A stretch of DNA of 64,000 nt from Candidatus Iainarchaeum sp. (GCA_030649345.1 JAUSKK010000016.1:4541-68540); one strand, 5' to 3'. Counted from the stretch's first letter, positions 1-9,936 are shown. Notes: generated by a model from the sequence alone, not told the origin. Numbers and translations: made by a program.

Positions 1-540
1 TTCTGCTGGATAAGTTCCGTATCCTGTAACTCCCCAATAATCTGCATTGGGTTTAGCCCAGTATTGTAAAGCTTGTTCTTTAAAATTCGGATAAAATTCT
101 GGCTGTAAATAATATTCTTCTTCCAATTGTCCTATTCCGAAATATTGTCCATTGGCTAATAAATATGCAATTTCACTAAAATCATCAGGCACTGCTGGCA
201 AGTCTGCAAATATGTCTTGTTCGCTTTGAAGTCCAAAATAAGCTGGAGTGGTTTCTAAAGTTATATTCAAATTTTTGGATGCTTGTTCAAATAATTTGTA
301 TCCTTCTCGTTTAGGTTTAAAAGCTTCTTGAAAATAGGTTTGTCTAAGCAAAGGACTATTGCCTGTAAATGAGTTATTTTGTGTTTCAGTCAATGAAATA
401 TTTCCAGTTGGATTAGGCAAAAAATTGAATGAATTATTTAATACAAAAAATACGGCCGCAATAATGGCTATTGCAAAAACTATTTTTAAAAAACTAAATT
501 TGGATTTATTGGGCTGATTGACTGTTGTTTCATTATCCAT
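1..540 (-). CDS. hypothetical membrane-anchored protein, 5'-partial in window (start ATG at 538-540 on minus strand); paralog of the 6386..7261 product
   Basis: Open minus-strand frame with no stops from 540 to the window edge. N-terminal TM segment (IVFAIAIIAAVFFVL). Shares the motif Y-Y-x-Q-P-E-F-x-P-N-F and neighbouring blocks with ORF 6386..7261. Confidence 0.45.
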   Translation of the reverse strand, partial: MDNETTVNQPNKSKFSFLKIVFAIAIIAAVFFVLNNSFNFLPNPTGNISLTETQNNSFTGNSPLLRQTYFQEAFKPKREGYKLFEQASKNLNITLETTPAYFGLQSEQDIFADLPAVPDDFSEIAYLLANGQYFGIGQLEEEYYLQPEFYPNFKEQALQYWAKPNADYWGVTGYGTYPAE

Positions 541-616
541 AGTTTAACCCCTTATTCACAAATTAATTTAATATAGGGAATAGTTATGCAAATAATTTAT
601 TAATTGGATGTTTTGT

Positions 617-1324
617 TTAATTCGATCCTACTTGGATTTGAATTGCATGACTTCCTTGTGGTACTGCTACTAAACTGGTTGGGGTATATCCCATTCCATT
701 AAAGTCTCCTGAAAAACATAATTGGTTGGTATCATTAATTCCTAAAGAGGTTACCAGTCTTCCTGCAGTAGTTTCATTAGATTGATTGAATTGCCTGCAT
801 ACTATTTTGGTTACAGCTGTTGTGGCATTGGCTACATTACAATCTTGTCTCCATCCACCCATTCCATTAACGTCTCCTCCGCCTGTGGGTGCAGCTTCAC
901 CGCAGCCAGCTCCTGTTCCCATCCATACTTTTAATACGACATTAACATCTGTTCCATTTAAATCCACCATAAAATTTCCATCAATATTGGCTGCTATATT
1001 TCCATTGTTGGTAATTAAAACAGGTGCTAAAGTTGAGCTTTGGCATTTAGTTGCAGCTCCTCCACCTGAACTGGAATTGGGTCTGGCTTGGCTTCCGTTT
1101 CCGTCAGCATCTGAATCCATATTGGAATCAGTTTCCACAAAATAGAATGCACTGGTAGAACAAGCTGCTCCATAGGTTACTGTGTGACTATAATTAGCTG
1201 GTACTACCCAAGTCATTGTGGTTATAGTCGTTGCTGCATAAACCAAAGGTATTATTGTTAAAAATAATAAAAATATCAGGACTGCTTTCAAATCTCCAGA
1301 ATTGCGGTCTAAGTGGGTATTCAT
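617..1324 (-). CDS. secreted Gly/Asn/Thr/Asp-rich protein with an N-terminal signal peptide (possible surface or adhesin-like)
   Basis: ORF track. Signal-peptide-like N-terminus (KAVLIFLLFLTIIPLVYA|AT). Cys pairs and a TMTW motif also present in the C-terminal domain of the adjacent 1613-aa protein. Confidence 0.5.
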   Translation of the reverse strand: MNTHLDRNSGDLKAVLIFLLFLTIIPLVYAATTITTMTWVVPANYSHTVTYGAACSTSAFYFVETDSNMDSDADGNGSQARPNSSSGGGAATKCQSSTLAPVLITNNGNIAANIDGNFMVDLNGTDVNVVLKVWMGTGAGCGEAAPTGGGDVNGMGGWRQDCNVANATTAVTKIVCRQFNQSNETTAGRLVTSLGINDTNQLCFSGDFNGMGYTPTSLVAVPQGSHAIQIQVGSN

Positions 1325-1510
1325 TTTTTCACGTTGCTTATTTAGTAATGTCTTTACAGTTTAAAATACTTTTGTTATTTTTTTGTTTTTTGGATTTTTA
1401 TGTGTTTTTGGCTGGTTTAAATTTTAACCATTTTTTTAAAGAAATTCGTGTCTTGCCGGAACTCATAGAACAGTTTAAATAAATAAATTGCTTTTGTTTA
1501 TGGGGTTTCT

Positions 1511-4500
1511 GTGTTTTGGTTGCGTTTATTTTTTCTAGTTTGTCTTTTTCAGTTTTTTCTTTCCCCGGTCTTAGCGCAGACAGATTCGTTTTCTCAAACT
1601 GTTCCTTTAACTCAATACTTTGTTTTAGATTCAAATCAATCTATGCTGGCAATGCTTCCTGCAGTCAGCCAAGTAAGTCCATTGAATTCTGTTCAAGCAA
1701 TTCAATTTCAAGTTCCTATTTTTGTTGATTCCAATACTCAATTTTCGAAAGCAGTATTTTCTTTTTCTGAACTGCCGTTAAATCAAAAAACACCCACTGC
1801 ATTAATTTCTTTACTGCCGGAACAGCGTTCCAGTTTGTTTTTTTTAATTTTAGTGCTGGGATTAATTATTATTGTACTTTTCATTAAACCAGGTTCCAAG
1901 AAAAAAAATTTGTTTGCGTTTTTTCTGATTTTTTGTTTTTTGTTTTCATTGAATCTTACAGCTCAAGAATCTGTTTCTGAATTAACTCTTCCATTGCTTA
2001 AAACAGACCCTGAACTTGCATCTGTTTCCAATTCAGATTGGAGTATTCTTTTGTCCAATACTCAAACAACTAATTTTTCTTTTTCTTTTTCAAATACCAT
2101 TCCATCGAATTCAGTTATTGAAAATTTAAATTTGCATTTTTCTGCTCGTGCAGAAATTCAATCAGTCAATAATTCAGCTGAATCTGCTTCAAGTGAAATA
2201 GTTAATGCAGGTGAAAATTCAAATGAAATTGAAGATTTAACTGAAACCATTGTTGAAACTCCAAGTGATTCTTTAACATCCAGTGAAGAAATTGTGCCCA
2301 GCGAAGAAACCTTAGTTCCTGTTTCGGATTCAGTTAATGAACCTGCACTTCCTGCAGTTGAATCTGTAGATCCTGTTAGTGAACCTGTAGATTCTTCGAA
2401 TGAACCATTAACTTCTTCCGATGCAAATTCTCCTGAAACTATTTTAACCTCTTCTTCTGTTTCTGAACTTCAATCCAATTCGAATTCCGTAATTTTTTTT
2501 GCAGATGTTGATTCAGAATTTATTTCCGAAAATTTATCTGCAGAAAATGTTCCTTTAGCTTTTTTATCCATTGATTTTTGGAATGGCTCTGCATGGGTTC
2601 CTGTTTTAGATTGCCAAGATTTGAATATTTTTTCAACCATCCAAGATACTGTATGCGATCTTTCTTCTGTTATTCCAGTTCTTTCTTCCGAGCCCATTGT
2701 CTTAGGTTTTCGGGTAACTCCTTTACAGGAAAATGTTACTCTTTTTTTAACCAACACTGCTTTAAAATCTCTAATTTCTTCTTCAAATTCAGGAACAGCT
2801 CAAATTACGGTATATTATAAAACAACCGAAGGACTTCAGTCTTTGCCGGATTGTGTAAATCTTGATTTTTCTTTTAAAACTTTTTCTTGTGACTTTTCTT
2901 CTTTTTTTAAAAATTCTTCCGGCATTCAAAATTTAATTTTTGAAATCCATACTCAGCAAACTTCTGGTTCAGTTCAAGCTGGTTTAAATTCAGCCCAGCT
3001 TGATTTTTCGTATTCTTCTTTAAACCCGAATGCAGTTCATCTTGCAACTTTACTTTCAGACCGACAACCAGTGCTTGACTTTGATTCTGTTCTTATAACT
3101 GGTTCTGAGTTTACTTTGGATCAGAATGTTTTCAGTGTTTTTTCTATTGTAAATCCTGTTCTAAATTCTTTGCAAATCAAAAAATCTTCTTTGACTGCCG
3201 AACCTACTCAAATGTCCATTCAGTCTTTGCCTGTATCCATTCCTGCTCCAGAAGGCATAAAATGGCAGAATGTTTTTGCTGTCAATTTTGGAGATTCTAA
3301 TTTTTCCGAAGCTGTTTTTCAAATTAAAGATTCAAATGCTTTAATTTATTTTTGTTCTGAATTTAATTTTGAAAAAAATATATGTGCTTTAGACTGGATC
3401 AAACTTAACACTGGCAAGTCTGTGTTCATTCCTTCTCCAGGTGTTTTAGGATTCGGAATTCAGGATATTTCTTTTATTCATGGTTTTGTTTGCTTGAATT
3501 GCGATTCCAAGAATTCTTCAGCTAAAGATATTCAAGTTAATGTTAAAGTATTCAATGCCGGCAGTCAAACAGATGTAAATTTAACCAGTTTTTTTCCAGT
3601 TGCTTTGGAAGTAATTGATTCCAATCAAGGTTTGGTTTTAGATCATAATAGTGAATTCCGAAAAATTGTTTGGCAGAATCTTTCATTTGAAAATTCATTT
3701 ACTCAAAGTTATGTTCTGCGTGTTTCACCTAAAAACTCAAAAAAAGCATTCTTTTTTTCCATGCTTTCCAATTTGTCTTCGGATTATGTGCAAATGAATT
3801 TTTCGCTTTCTAGAAAAGAAAAACTTGTGCAAAAATTTGAAAAAAAATCAATGCATGAAATCCGCAAAGATATCCAGAAAGAATTCAAAACCATTGTCAA
3901 AAAACATGCGTTTGAATCCGATGAAGCTGTATTGCTGCCGTTTAAAAAATCTGAATTAGACACTGTTTTAAGTGCTCAAGACTTTTCAGAATTTACCAAT
4001 TCGGAATCTACCCATTTTTCAGAAAAAAGAATTGGCTCCAAAATTGTCCGGGCCGGCTTTTTCGGAGACACTTTGCTTCAGCCGGAAATTGTGGTTTCAG
4101 ATTCTGATCCCAATGAATTTATGCTTTTAGCCAAGCCAGAAACCAATGAATTTATTCCCGGAGAATACAAAGTATGGATTGCGGTTGAAGAAAATAATTC
4201 TGTTTCGTATGAAGAATATTCTTTTTCTTGGGGTTTAATTACTGTAAATTCATTTAAGCCTTTATATCATCCCAATGAAAAAGTAGAATTGTATTCAGTT
4301 GTTTTGGATTCAGCTGGTTTTCCTAGATCGGGAGCTCAAATTAAATTTACAGTTCAAACTCCTTCTTTGGTGTTGAATTTTTCTACAGTCGATGGAACGA
4401 TTGTGGAAACTTCTGTGAAAGGAGTCTATAAAGCAGAATTTTTAGCAGCTGAAATTGGAAATTATTTGGTTCAAGCTGAAACCAATATTGAAGGATCTCC

Positions 4501-6352
4501 CATTGTTTCGGAAAACAATTTTGGTGTCAGAGAATTTTTTGAATTTGATATTGTCCGCGAAATGCCTTTTACGATTGATCCCAGAAACGGGCCGTTTCAT
4601 ACCAAAATTACAATTACTCCCTTTATTGATAATTCAATTTCTTATCAAGTCAAAGAAGTTTTCTCTAAATCAATAACTCCTTCCAATACTTCTGCCAGTA
4701 TTTCTTCTACAGATACTTTGCAGTATTTGGATTGGCCGAGTGTTTCTGGTCCGCAAACTTTTGAGTATGATTTTGATGCTCCTTTCTTTTGGCCGCGTTT
4801 GTTTGAATTTGGAAAAATTCAAATACAATATGATTCGAATAAAACTTTTACAGAAGAACGTGCTTTTGATTTAGCTATTGATCCTACTGTATCAACTACT
4901 TGGTATATTGTAGATACGACAGACACTCAACAAGGTGTAGACATTAATGAACCTAAACCTGACAGACATACTAATTTTGCAAGCAAAGGAACACCTGCTC
5001 CTTCTTTATTGGCTTTTGGTTTAGCTAAAGGAAATGCAGTAGCTTCTAATGGTGTAAGAAAAGTTACTGGAGCTACAGCGACTGGTGACTATAATGCTTT
5101 AGTGGTTACTTCTCCTCCTTTGCGTGGTCAATTTATTAGTGGAACTTGGACTATGGATATCTGGGGGTTACAAAATAATGCTAGTGCTGATTTAACTCCG
5201 AATGCATATCTTCGGGTTTGGACAGCTGCCACGGATAGTGCAGGTGATGAAATTTGTGCCAAAACAGCTGATGGCGCTGAATGGGGTAATGCTTCATCTA
5301 ATCGTACTTTAATGACTTGGACTTGTTCTGGCAATCCAGTAACCTTTGCGAATAAAGATAAACTTGTATTGGAAATTGTCAGTGCTGGTTTAAGCCCTGG
5401 TTCGTCTAGCTCGTATGCAGACATTAATTACGGTAATACTTCCAGTGATTCAAGGATAACCAGTCCAGATACTTTACGTTTATATGCTGAATTAAAACAA
5501 CCTGTTATTTCGATTCCTTCGGCTGACAACAATTCTGGAACTGTTACAGGCGTGAATATGCGTGTGCAGGCAACTGTTGGTTGTACCAGTGTTTATTATG
5601 GTGATTGTGGTGATGTCAATGCCAGAATTCAGTTTTGTCAAACTGAAGGTTGTACTAATTTTGCGGACATGAATTTTACAGACGGTGGTTTACGTATTGT
5701 GGCAGGAGATCAAATTGTATATGAGCAAGATTTGGTTTCGGGTGAAACTTCTTCTGCATTTGCTTGGGAAATTCAAGGCTTTACTGCAGCAACCTATGAA
5801 TTGCGTTTGCGTACAGACGCTAATTTTACAGACACCAATACTTCTTCTGGAACAGATCGTACAATTACAATTAGTGCTCCGGGTGGAGCAGACTTAACTT
5901 TTGCTTTAGCGTATCCTGCTTCAGGCTGCACGAACGGAAAAGGTCGTACTTCTGCTGGAAATGGTGCTTGTGAAAAAGTTTATTTTGAAACCACTGATTT
6001 ATCTGGAAATGCGGATGAAAATCAAGTAATTCCAGAGGGCGGTAATCCATTTTTTGTATATGACAATCAAAGTACAAGCAGTTCAGATATTAATTTTACT
6101 TTAGACTTAAATGCTGCTTTGCCTTCCAGTTTATGGCTGAAAACTTCAACCATTTCTTCCGGTTATGCAGGTTCTTGCACCAGCAATCCAGACAACAATT
6201 GTGTTTCTATAACTACTGTGGCTCAAAATATTGGGAAAGCAATTTTTAGTACTGGTTCCCAAGATTTGAATGTATGGCTTTGGGCGGACTTTTTCCAGTC
6301 GAGTGTTCAAACCCAAGACCGAAATGCCACCAGTACTAGTGTGAGTTCGTAA
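1511..6352 (+). CDS. giant (1613 aa) secreted or surface protein, Ser/Phe/Asn-rich, with a higher-GC Gly/Thr/Asp-rich C-terminal domain
   Basis: Long uninterrupted ORF. N-terminal signal peptide (FLSPVLA|QT). A second signal-like or TM segment near residues 110-160. Composition shift after about nt 4900. Confidence 0.6.
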   Translation: MFWLRLFFLVCLFQFFLSPVLAQTDSFSQTVPLTQYFVLDSNQSMLAMLPAVSQVSPLNSVQAIQFQVPIFVDSNTQFSKAVFSFSELPLNQKTPTALISLLPEQRSSLFFLILVLGLIIIVLFIKPGSKKKNLFAFFLIFCFLFSLNLTAQESVSELTLPLLKTDPELASVSNSDWSILLSNTQTTNFSFSFSNTIPSNSVIENLNLHFSARAEIQSVNNSAESASSEIVNAGENSNEIEDLTETIVETPSDSLTSSEEIVPSEETLVPVSDSVNEPALPAVESVDPVSEPVDSSNEPLTSSDANSPETILTSSSVSELQSNSNSVIFFADVDSEFISENLSAENVPLAFLSIDFWNGSAWVPVLDCQDLNIFSTIQDTVCDLSSVIPVLSSEPIVLGFRVTPLQENVTLFLTNTALKSLISSSNSGTAQITVYYKTTEGLQSLPDCVNLDFSFKTFSCDFSSFFKNSSGIQNLIFEIHTQQTSGSVQAGLNSAQLDFSYSSLNPNAVHLATLLSDRQPVLDFDSVLITGSEFTLDQNVFSVFSIVNPVLNSLQIKKSSLTAEPTQMSIQSLPVSIPAPEGIKWQNVFAVNFGDSNFSEAVFQIKDSNALIYFCSEFNFEKNICALDWIKLNTGKSVFIPSPGVLGFGIQDISFIHGFVCLNCDSKNSSAKDIQVNVKVFNAGSQTDVNLTSFFPVALEVIDSNQGLVLDHNSEFRKIVWQNLSFENSFTQSYVLRVSPKNSKKAFFFSMLSNLSSDYVQMNFSLSRKEKLVQKFEKKSMHEIRKDIQKEFKTIVKKHAFESDEAVLLPFKKSELDTVLSAQDFSEFTNSESTHFSEKRIGSKIVRAGFFGDTLLQPEIVVSDSDPNEFMLLAKPETNEFIPGEYKVWIAVEENNSVSYEEYSFSWGLITVNSFKPLYHPNEKVELYSVVLDSAGFPRSGAQIKFTVQTPSLVLNFSTVDGTIVETSVKGVYKAEFLAAEIGNYLVQAETNIEGSPIVSENNFGVREFFEFDIVREMPFTIDPRNGPFHTKITITPFIDNSISYQVKEVFSKSITPSNTSASISSTDTLQYLDWPSVSGPQTFEYDFDAPFFWPRLFEFGKIQIQYDSNKTFTEERAFDLAIDPTVSTTWYIVDTTDTQQGVDINEPKPDRHTNFASKGTPAPSLLAFGLAKGNAVASNGVRKVTGATATGDYNALVVTSPPLRGQFISGTWTMDIWGLQNNASADLTPNAYLRVWTAATDSAGDEICAKTADGAEWGNASSNRTLMTWTCSGNPVTFANKDKLVLEIVSAGLSPGSSSSYADINYGNTSSDSRITSPDTLRLYAELKQPVISIPSADNNSGTVTGVNMRVQATVGCTSVYYGDCGDVNARIQFCQTEGCTNFADMNFTDGGLRIVAGDQIVYEQDLVSGETSSAFAWEIQGFTAATYELRLRTDANFTDTNTSSGTDRTITISAPGGADLTFALAYPASGCTNGKGRTSAGNGACEKVYFETTDLSGNADENQVIPEGGNPFFVYDNQSTSSSDINFTLDLNAALPSSLWLKTSTISSGYAGSCTSNPDNNCVSITTVAQNIGKAIFSTGSQDLNVWLWADFFQSSVQTQDRNATSTSVSS

Positions 6353-6385
6353 CAAAAAATAGTTTGTAACAAAAAATGCATTGCC

Positions 6386-7261
6386 ATGAATCGAAAGAAA
6401 TTTTTTTTAGGACTAATTTTTTTTGAATTTTTTTTGCTTTTAATTTACTTTTTTTCCTTTTCTTCCATAAGTCCTGCGCTTTTACCGCCTGCTCCAATTT
6501 CTATTTCTTCCCATTCTTTTTTTTCTAAATCTTTAATCACACAGCGATTGGATTACAATTCAGGTTATTTTGTTTCATCTTCCATGAATCAATTTTTTCC
6601 TATCTCCAATGCTTTCAAAAATCTTCCAATTCCACCTAAAGATTTTTTTAAACACACACAATTGTTTTCCAAAGAATATGGTTCAGCAGTAAATCTTCTG
6701 CCCAAATACTATCGTCAACCTGAATTTTTGCCTAATTTTTATGAAAACTTTTTTGTCCATTATCAAACTTTTAATCCTACCCATTTTTTCATTCAAGGCC
6801 TAGGCGTTCTTCCATTTGAACAATTTATTTCATTAAAAAAAGGAGAACGCAAACGCATTGCTTTATTTTGGCACACTGCTTTTGGAGTGCAGTCCTTTCA
6901 AGGAATTCGTATTCAAACACAATTTCCAGAACAAAGTTTTACTCTTCAAAATTATTTATATAATTCTCAAGACTCAGCAAAAGTTTCAAATTATTTCTCG
7001 ATTGCTTTAACTCCATCCGAATTTTTACTGGGTCCAGCTTATCCTTTTTTTGACCCTGCTTGGAACCAAAAAGTAATTGCTGAAATTGAAGCCTTGCCGG
7101 ATTCTTTGCCTGGCAATTATGTTGTGGCTTTTGAAATTACTTCTCCTTCCTTAGAAAATGAATCTATTTGGTCTAATCAAAAAACTAATTATGTTTCCGG
7201 CAGTGATTTAGCCCAATCTAATTTTCCGAGAGCCAGATTGAATATCCGCATAGAACCTTAA
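6386..7261 (+). CDS. hypothetical membrane-anchored protein; paralog of the partial ORF at 1..540
   Basis: N-terminal TM segment (LGLIFFEFFLLLIYFF). Shared YYRQPEFLPNF block. Confidence 0.5.
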   Translation: MNRKKFFLGLIFFEFFLLLIYFFSFSSISPALLPPAPISISSHSFFSKSLITQRLDYNSGYFVSSSMNQFFPISNAFKNLPIPPKDFFKHTQLFSKEYGSAVNLLPKYYRQPEFLPNFYENFFVHYQTFNPTHFFIQGLGVLPFEQFISLKKGERKRIALFWHTAFGVQSFQGIRIQTQFPEQSFTLQNYLYNSQDSAKVSNYFSIALTPSEFLLGPAYPFFDPAWNQKVIAEIEALPDSLPGNYVVAFEITSPSLENESIWSNQKTNYVSGSDLAQSNFPRARLNIRIEP

Positions 7262-7317
7262 GTTCGCAAATCTTAAGGGCACTTTGTTTTATTAGTTTGT
7301 TTGCTTATTTATAAAAT

Positions 7318-7698
7318 ATGATTCAAAAACGAAAAGTATCCAGCCGAGCACTTCGTGCAACAAACAAACTGTCGGCTAAACGAAAAGGCAAGCTAAATCA
7401 ACTTGATCGAAGAAAATTATTCAAAAAACGATTTCGCTGGTCAGTTACCAAAGCCTTGAATTTAATGCAAATTCAAAACAAAGATTCCAGGGCGTTAATT
7501 CATTTAGCTGCACAAGATTTAGCTCATGATTTATTAAAAGGAAATCTCAGTTCTCCAAAAGCAGAATATGTAAGAACACTTTTTTCTACTCAGGCTGAAG
7601 CGAATCAATTTTTTAGGTATTTATCCAGATTTGCAGGAGTCATTCCCCATTTATTTAATTATCCAATGCCTCGCAAAGTGACCTCTAGGCATCCTTAG
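7318..7698 (+). CDS. small basic hypothetical protein
   Basis: ORF track. Lys/Arg-rich N-terminus. No recognisable motif. Confidence 0.35.
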   Translation: MIQKRKVSSRALRATNKLSAKRKGKLNQLDRRKLFKKRFRWSVTKALNLMQIQNKDSRALIHLAAQDLAHDLLKGNLSSPKAEYVRTLFSTQAEANQFFRYLSRFAGVIPHLFNYPMPRKVTSRHP

Positions 7699-7748
7699 TT
7701 TTTTTGCTTTAGAATAGTATAAATTCATTTGCCTTTATTTTATCCCTT

Positions 7749-9392
7749 ATGCCAGCTACATTTGAATCTTTTACAGAACAAGAAAAACAAGTCTTGAAAC
7801 CATACTTTACTAATTTAGATCAATCTATTTTTGTTTTGCAAAATTTGCCGGAAGTCGTCAAAGGAGCTTTATTTTCCAGATATTCTAGGTCTTCTAAATT
7901 ATTGCGCAGACTGTTACTCGAAGAATTTTTGAATGTAAAAGAACTCGGCTTAACCGAACTGTTAAATCATCAAGCCAATACACAAGATCCTTTGGTGGCT
8001 GCCAAAAAAGCCGAAGAATTTTACGACCGAGTCTTGGTTGGCTTTGGAGATGACTCAGTTGCAGAATTGGCTGGCTGTCATATTGCCTGTGAACAAGTTT
8101 CCATGATTGCCACCAAAGCCTTAGAAGATTCACGGATTGGCTTGTGTCCTTTAGAGAAAAGTACACGGTATGTTTATTTTGATCAAAAAATAAATGGCCA
8201 CTATCAGTATTTGTTAGAAAAAGATTTAATGAATTCAGAATTTGCAGACTTATACACTGAAACTTGTGATTCTTTGTTTGATGTGTATGCCAAAATTTTA
8301 GAACCTATGAAAAAATATTTTACAGACTTATATCCTAAAGATGCTGAAACTTCTGATCGTGCTTACACTTCTGCTGTGAAAGCCAAAACCTGTGATACTA
8401 TTCGTGGTTTATTGCCAGCCAGTACTTTAACCAATTTAGGCTTGTATGGAAATGGCCGAGCGTTTGAATATTTATTGCAAAAAATGTATGCCAATCCTTT
8501 AAGTGAAATGCAGTCTTTGGCTTCAGAAATGCATTCCGAATTACGAAAGTATATTCCTTCGTTTGTCAAACGTGCCAATGATTCTTTAGGCCAAACCACC
8601 ATTGATTTCTGGCAGCAATCTTGGGCTGTTCAAAAAAAATATGCCGAAAAACAATTCAATCAAGTTCCTATGGAGTCAGTTCCTCAAGTTGAATTAATTG
8701 ACTTTGATTCCAAAGCGGAAGAAAAAGTGTTGACTGCTTTATTGTATTCCAAAACTGGTTTGTCCTTAAAACAAATTCGAAAACATATTCAAAAACTTTC
8801 AGTTTCTGAAAAACAGCAAATTTTTCAAGAATATTTAAATCATCGAAAAAACCGCAGACACAAGCCCGGAAGAGGATTTGAAACTGCGCAATATACTTTT
8901 GATATTCACGCCAACTTTAATGCTTTCCGTGACCTTCAAAGGCATAGAATGTTAACTCAAGAACGACAACTTCTTTCATGCAATTTAGGGCATATTACTC
9001 CCAAAGAATTATTCGATGCAGGCTTTGCTGAAGAGTATCAAAGTGTAATGAGTCAAGCCAAGGAATCGTTTGATGTTATTGCAAAAAAAATGCCAGCTCA
9101 AGCTCAATATATTGTTCCTATGGGGTATCATGTTCGCTGGTATATTTCTTTGAATGCCAGAGAAATGTATCATTTATGTGAACTGCGTTCAGTCCAGCAA
9201 GGTCATCCAGATTATCGCTATGTTGCGCAGCAAATGTTTTTGGAAGCTCAAAAAGTGCATCCTTTGTTAATGAATGCCATGAAATTTGTAGACATGAAAC
9301 AATATTCCTTTGAACGAATTGAAGCCGAAAAATATACCGATAAACGAATGGATGAAATTAAACAAAAGCATGGAATTGAATGGAAAGAATAG
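7749..9392 (+). CDS. thyX: FAD-dependent thymidylate synthase ThyX-like, apparent tandem-duplicated ThyX fold (547 aa)
   Basis: ThyX signature RHR-x(7-9)-S (QRHRMLTQERQLLS). Two ThyX-like LP-x-S/T...N-x-R blocks (IRGLLPASTLTNLGLYGNGRAFEYLLQKM and AQYIVPMGYHVRWYISLNAREMYHLCELR). Confidence 0.55.
   Translation: MPATFESFTEQEKQVLKPYFTNLDQSIFVLQNLPEVVKGALFSRYSRSSKLLRRLLLEEFLNVKELGLTELLNHQANTQDPLVAAKKAEEFYDRVLVGFGDDSVAELAGCHIACEQVSMIATKALEDSRIGLCPLEKSTRYVYFDQKINGHYQYLLEKDLMNSEFADLYTETCDSLFDVYAKILEPMKKYFTDLYPKDAETSDRAYTSAVKAKTCDTIRGLLPASTLTNLGLYGNGRAFEYLLQKMYANPLSEMQSLASEMHSELRKYIPSFVKRANDSLGQTTIDFWQQSWAVQKKYAEKQFNQVPMESVPQVELIDFDSKAEEKVLTALLYSKTGLSLKQIRKHIQKLSVSEKQQIFQEYLNHRKNRRHKPGRGFETAQYTFDIHANFNAFRDLQRHRMLTQERQLLSCNLGHITPKELFDAGFAEEYQSVMSQAKESFDVIAKKMPAQAQYIVPMGYHVRWYISLNAREMYHLCELRSVQQGHPDYRYVAQQMFLEAQKVHPLLMNAMKFVDMKQYSFERIEAEKYTDKRMDEIKQKHGIEWKE
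9355..9388. repeat. 34-bp direct repeat, copy 1 (3' end of thyX)
   Basis: aaattaaacaaaagcatggaattgaatggaaaga is identical to 9937..9970. Confidence 0.85.
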
Positions 9393-9443
9393 GTTACTTT
9401 CAATATGTGGGCGCAGATTTATTAAAAAGAATCAAACACTGTT

Positions 9444-9842
9444 ATGTGTATGATGAAATTTCTTTCTGTCGAAAAAATAATTGAATTAAACCTACTGGCG
9501 CTTAATTTAATTGCTGTTAAAAAAGCAGATCAAGCTAAAGTTTTAAGCAAAAGTAAGATTGCTGAAATCGTTGAAAGTTGCAAAACCTTAAATGGAGATG
9601 TCTATGATCATGCTGTTTTTTTACTTAAGCAAATTGTACAAAAGCATGCGTTTGCAAGTGGAAATCGCCGTACTGCTTTTTTGGTTATGAAATATTTTTT
9701 GGTTTTAAATAAACAAAAGCTTAGAATTTCAGACAATCCTGAAAATGCACGAGTCATGCAGGGAATTCGGGAAAATTATTATTCAGACAATGAATTGAAG
9801 GAGTGGATTAAAAATGGAAAAATTAGAAACTTCCAGCGATAA
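9444..9842 (+). CDS. Doc/Fic-family toxin (death-on-curing-like)
   Basis: Fic/Doc core motif H-x-F-x-x-G-N-x-R-T-A (HAFASGNRRTAF). N-terminus resembles the Doc ISPEELIALHDANI region (LSVEKIIELNLLAL). Confidence 0.65.
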   Translation: MCMMKFLSVEKIIELNLLALNLIAVKKADQAKVLSKSKIAEIVESCKTLNGDVYDHAVFLLKQIVQKHAFASGNRRTAFLVMKYFLVLNKQKLRISDNPENARVMQGIRENYYSDNELKEWIKNGKIRNFQR

Positions 9843-9933
9843 ACTAAAATATGAAATTGTTTTAGAAGAACTTGCAGAATTTAAAAAATTGGTTCAAGGG
9901 CATAAAAAATTACTTATTGCAATAGGTGAACTT
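9814..9933 (+). CDS. 39-aa small ORF overlapping the 3' end of the Doc gene (possible cognate antitoxin or accessory)
   Basis: ATG at 9814. Translates to MEKLETSSDKLKYEIVLEELAEFKKLVQGHKKLLIAIGEL. No family recognised. Confidence 0.2.
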
Positions 9934-9936
9934 TAA

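Noticed and set aside
786-1145. Pro-rich 119-aa plus-strand ORF
   Set aside because: It is antisense to the Gly-rich secreted protein gene. Its Pro richness is the complement of Gly codons, so it is likely spurious.
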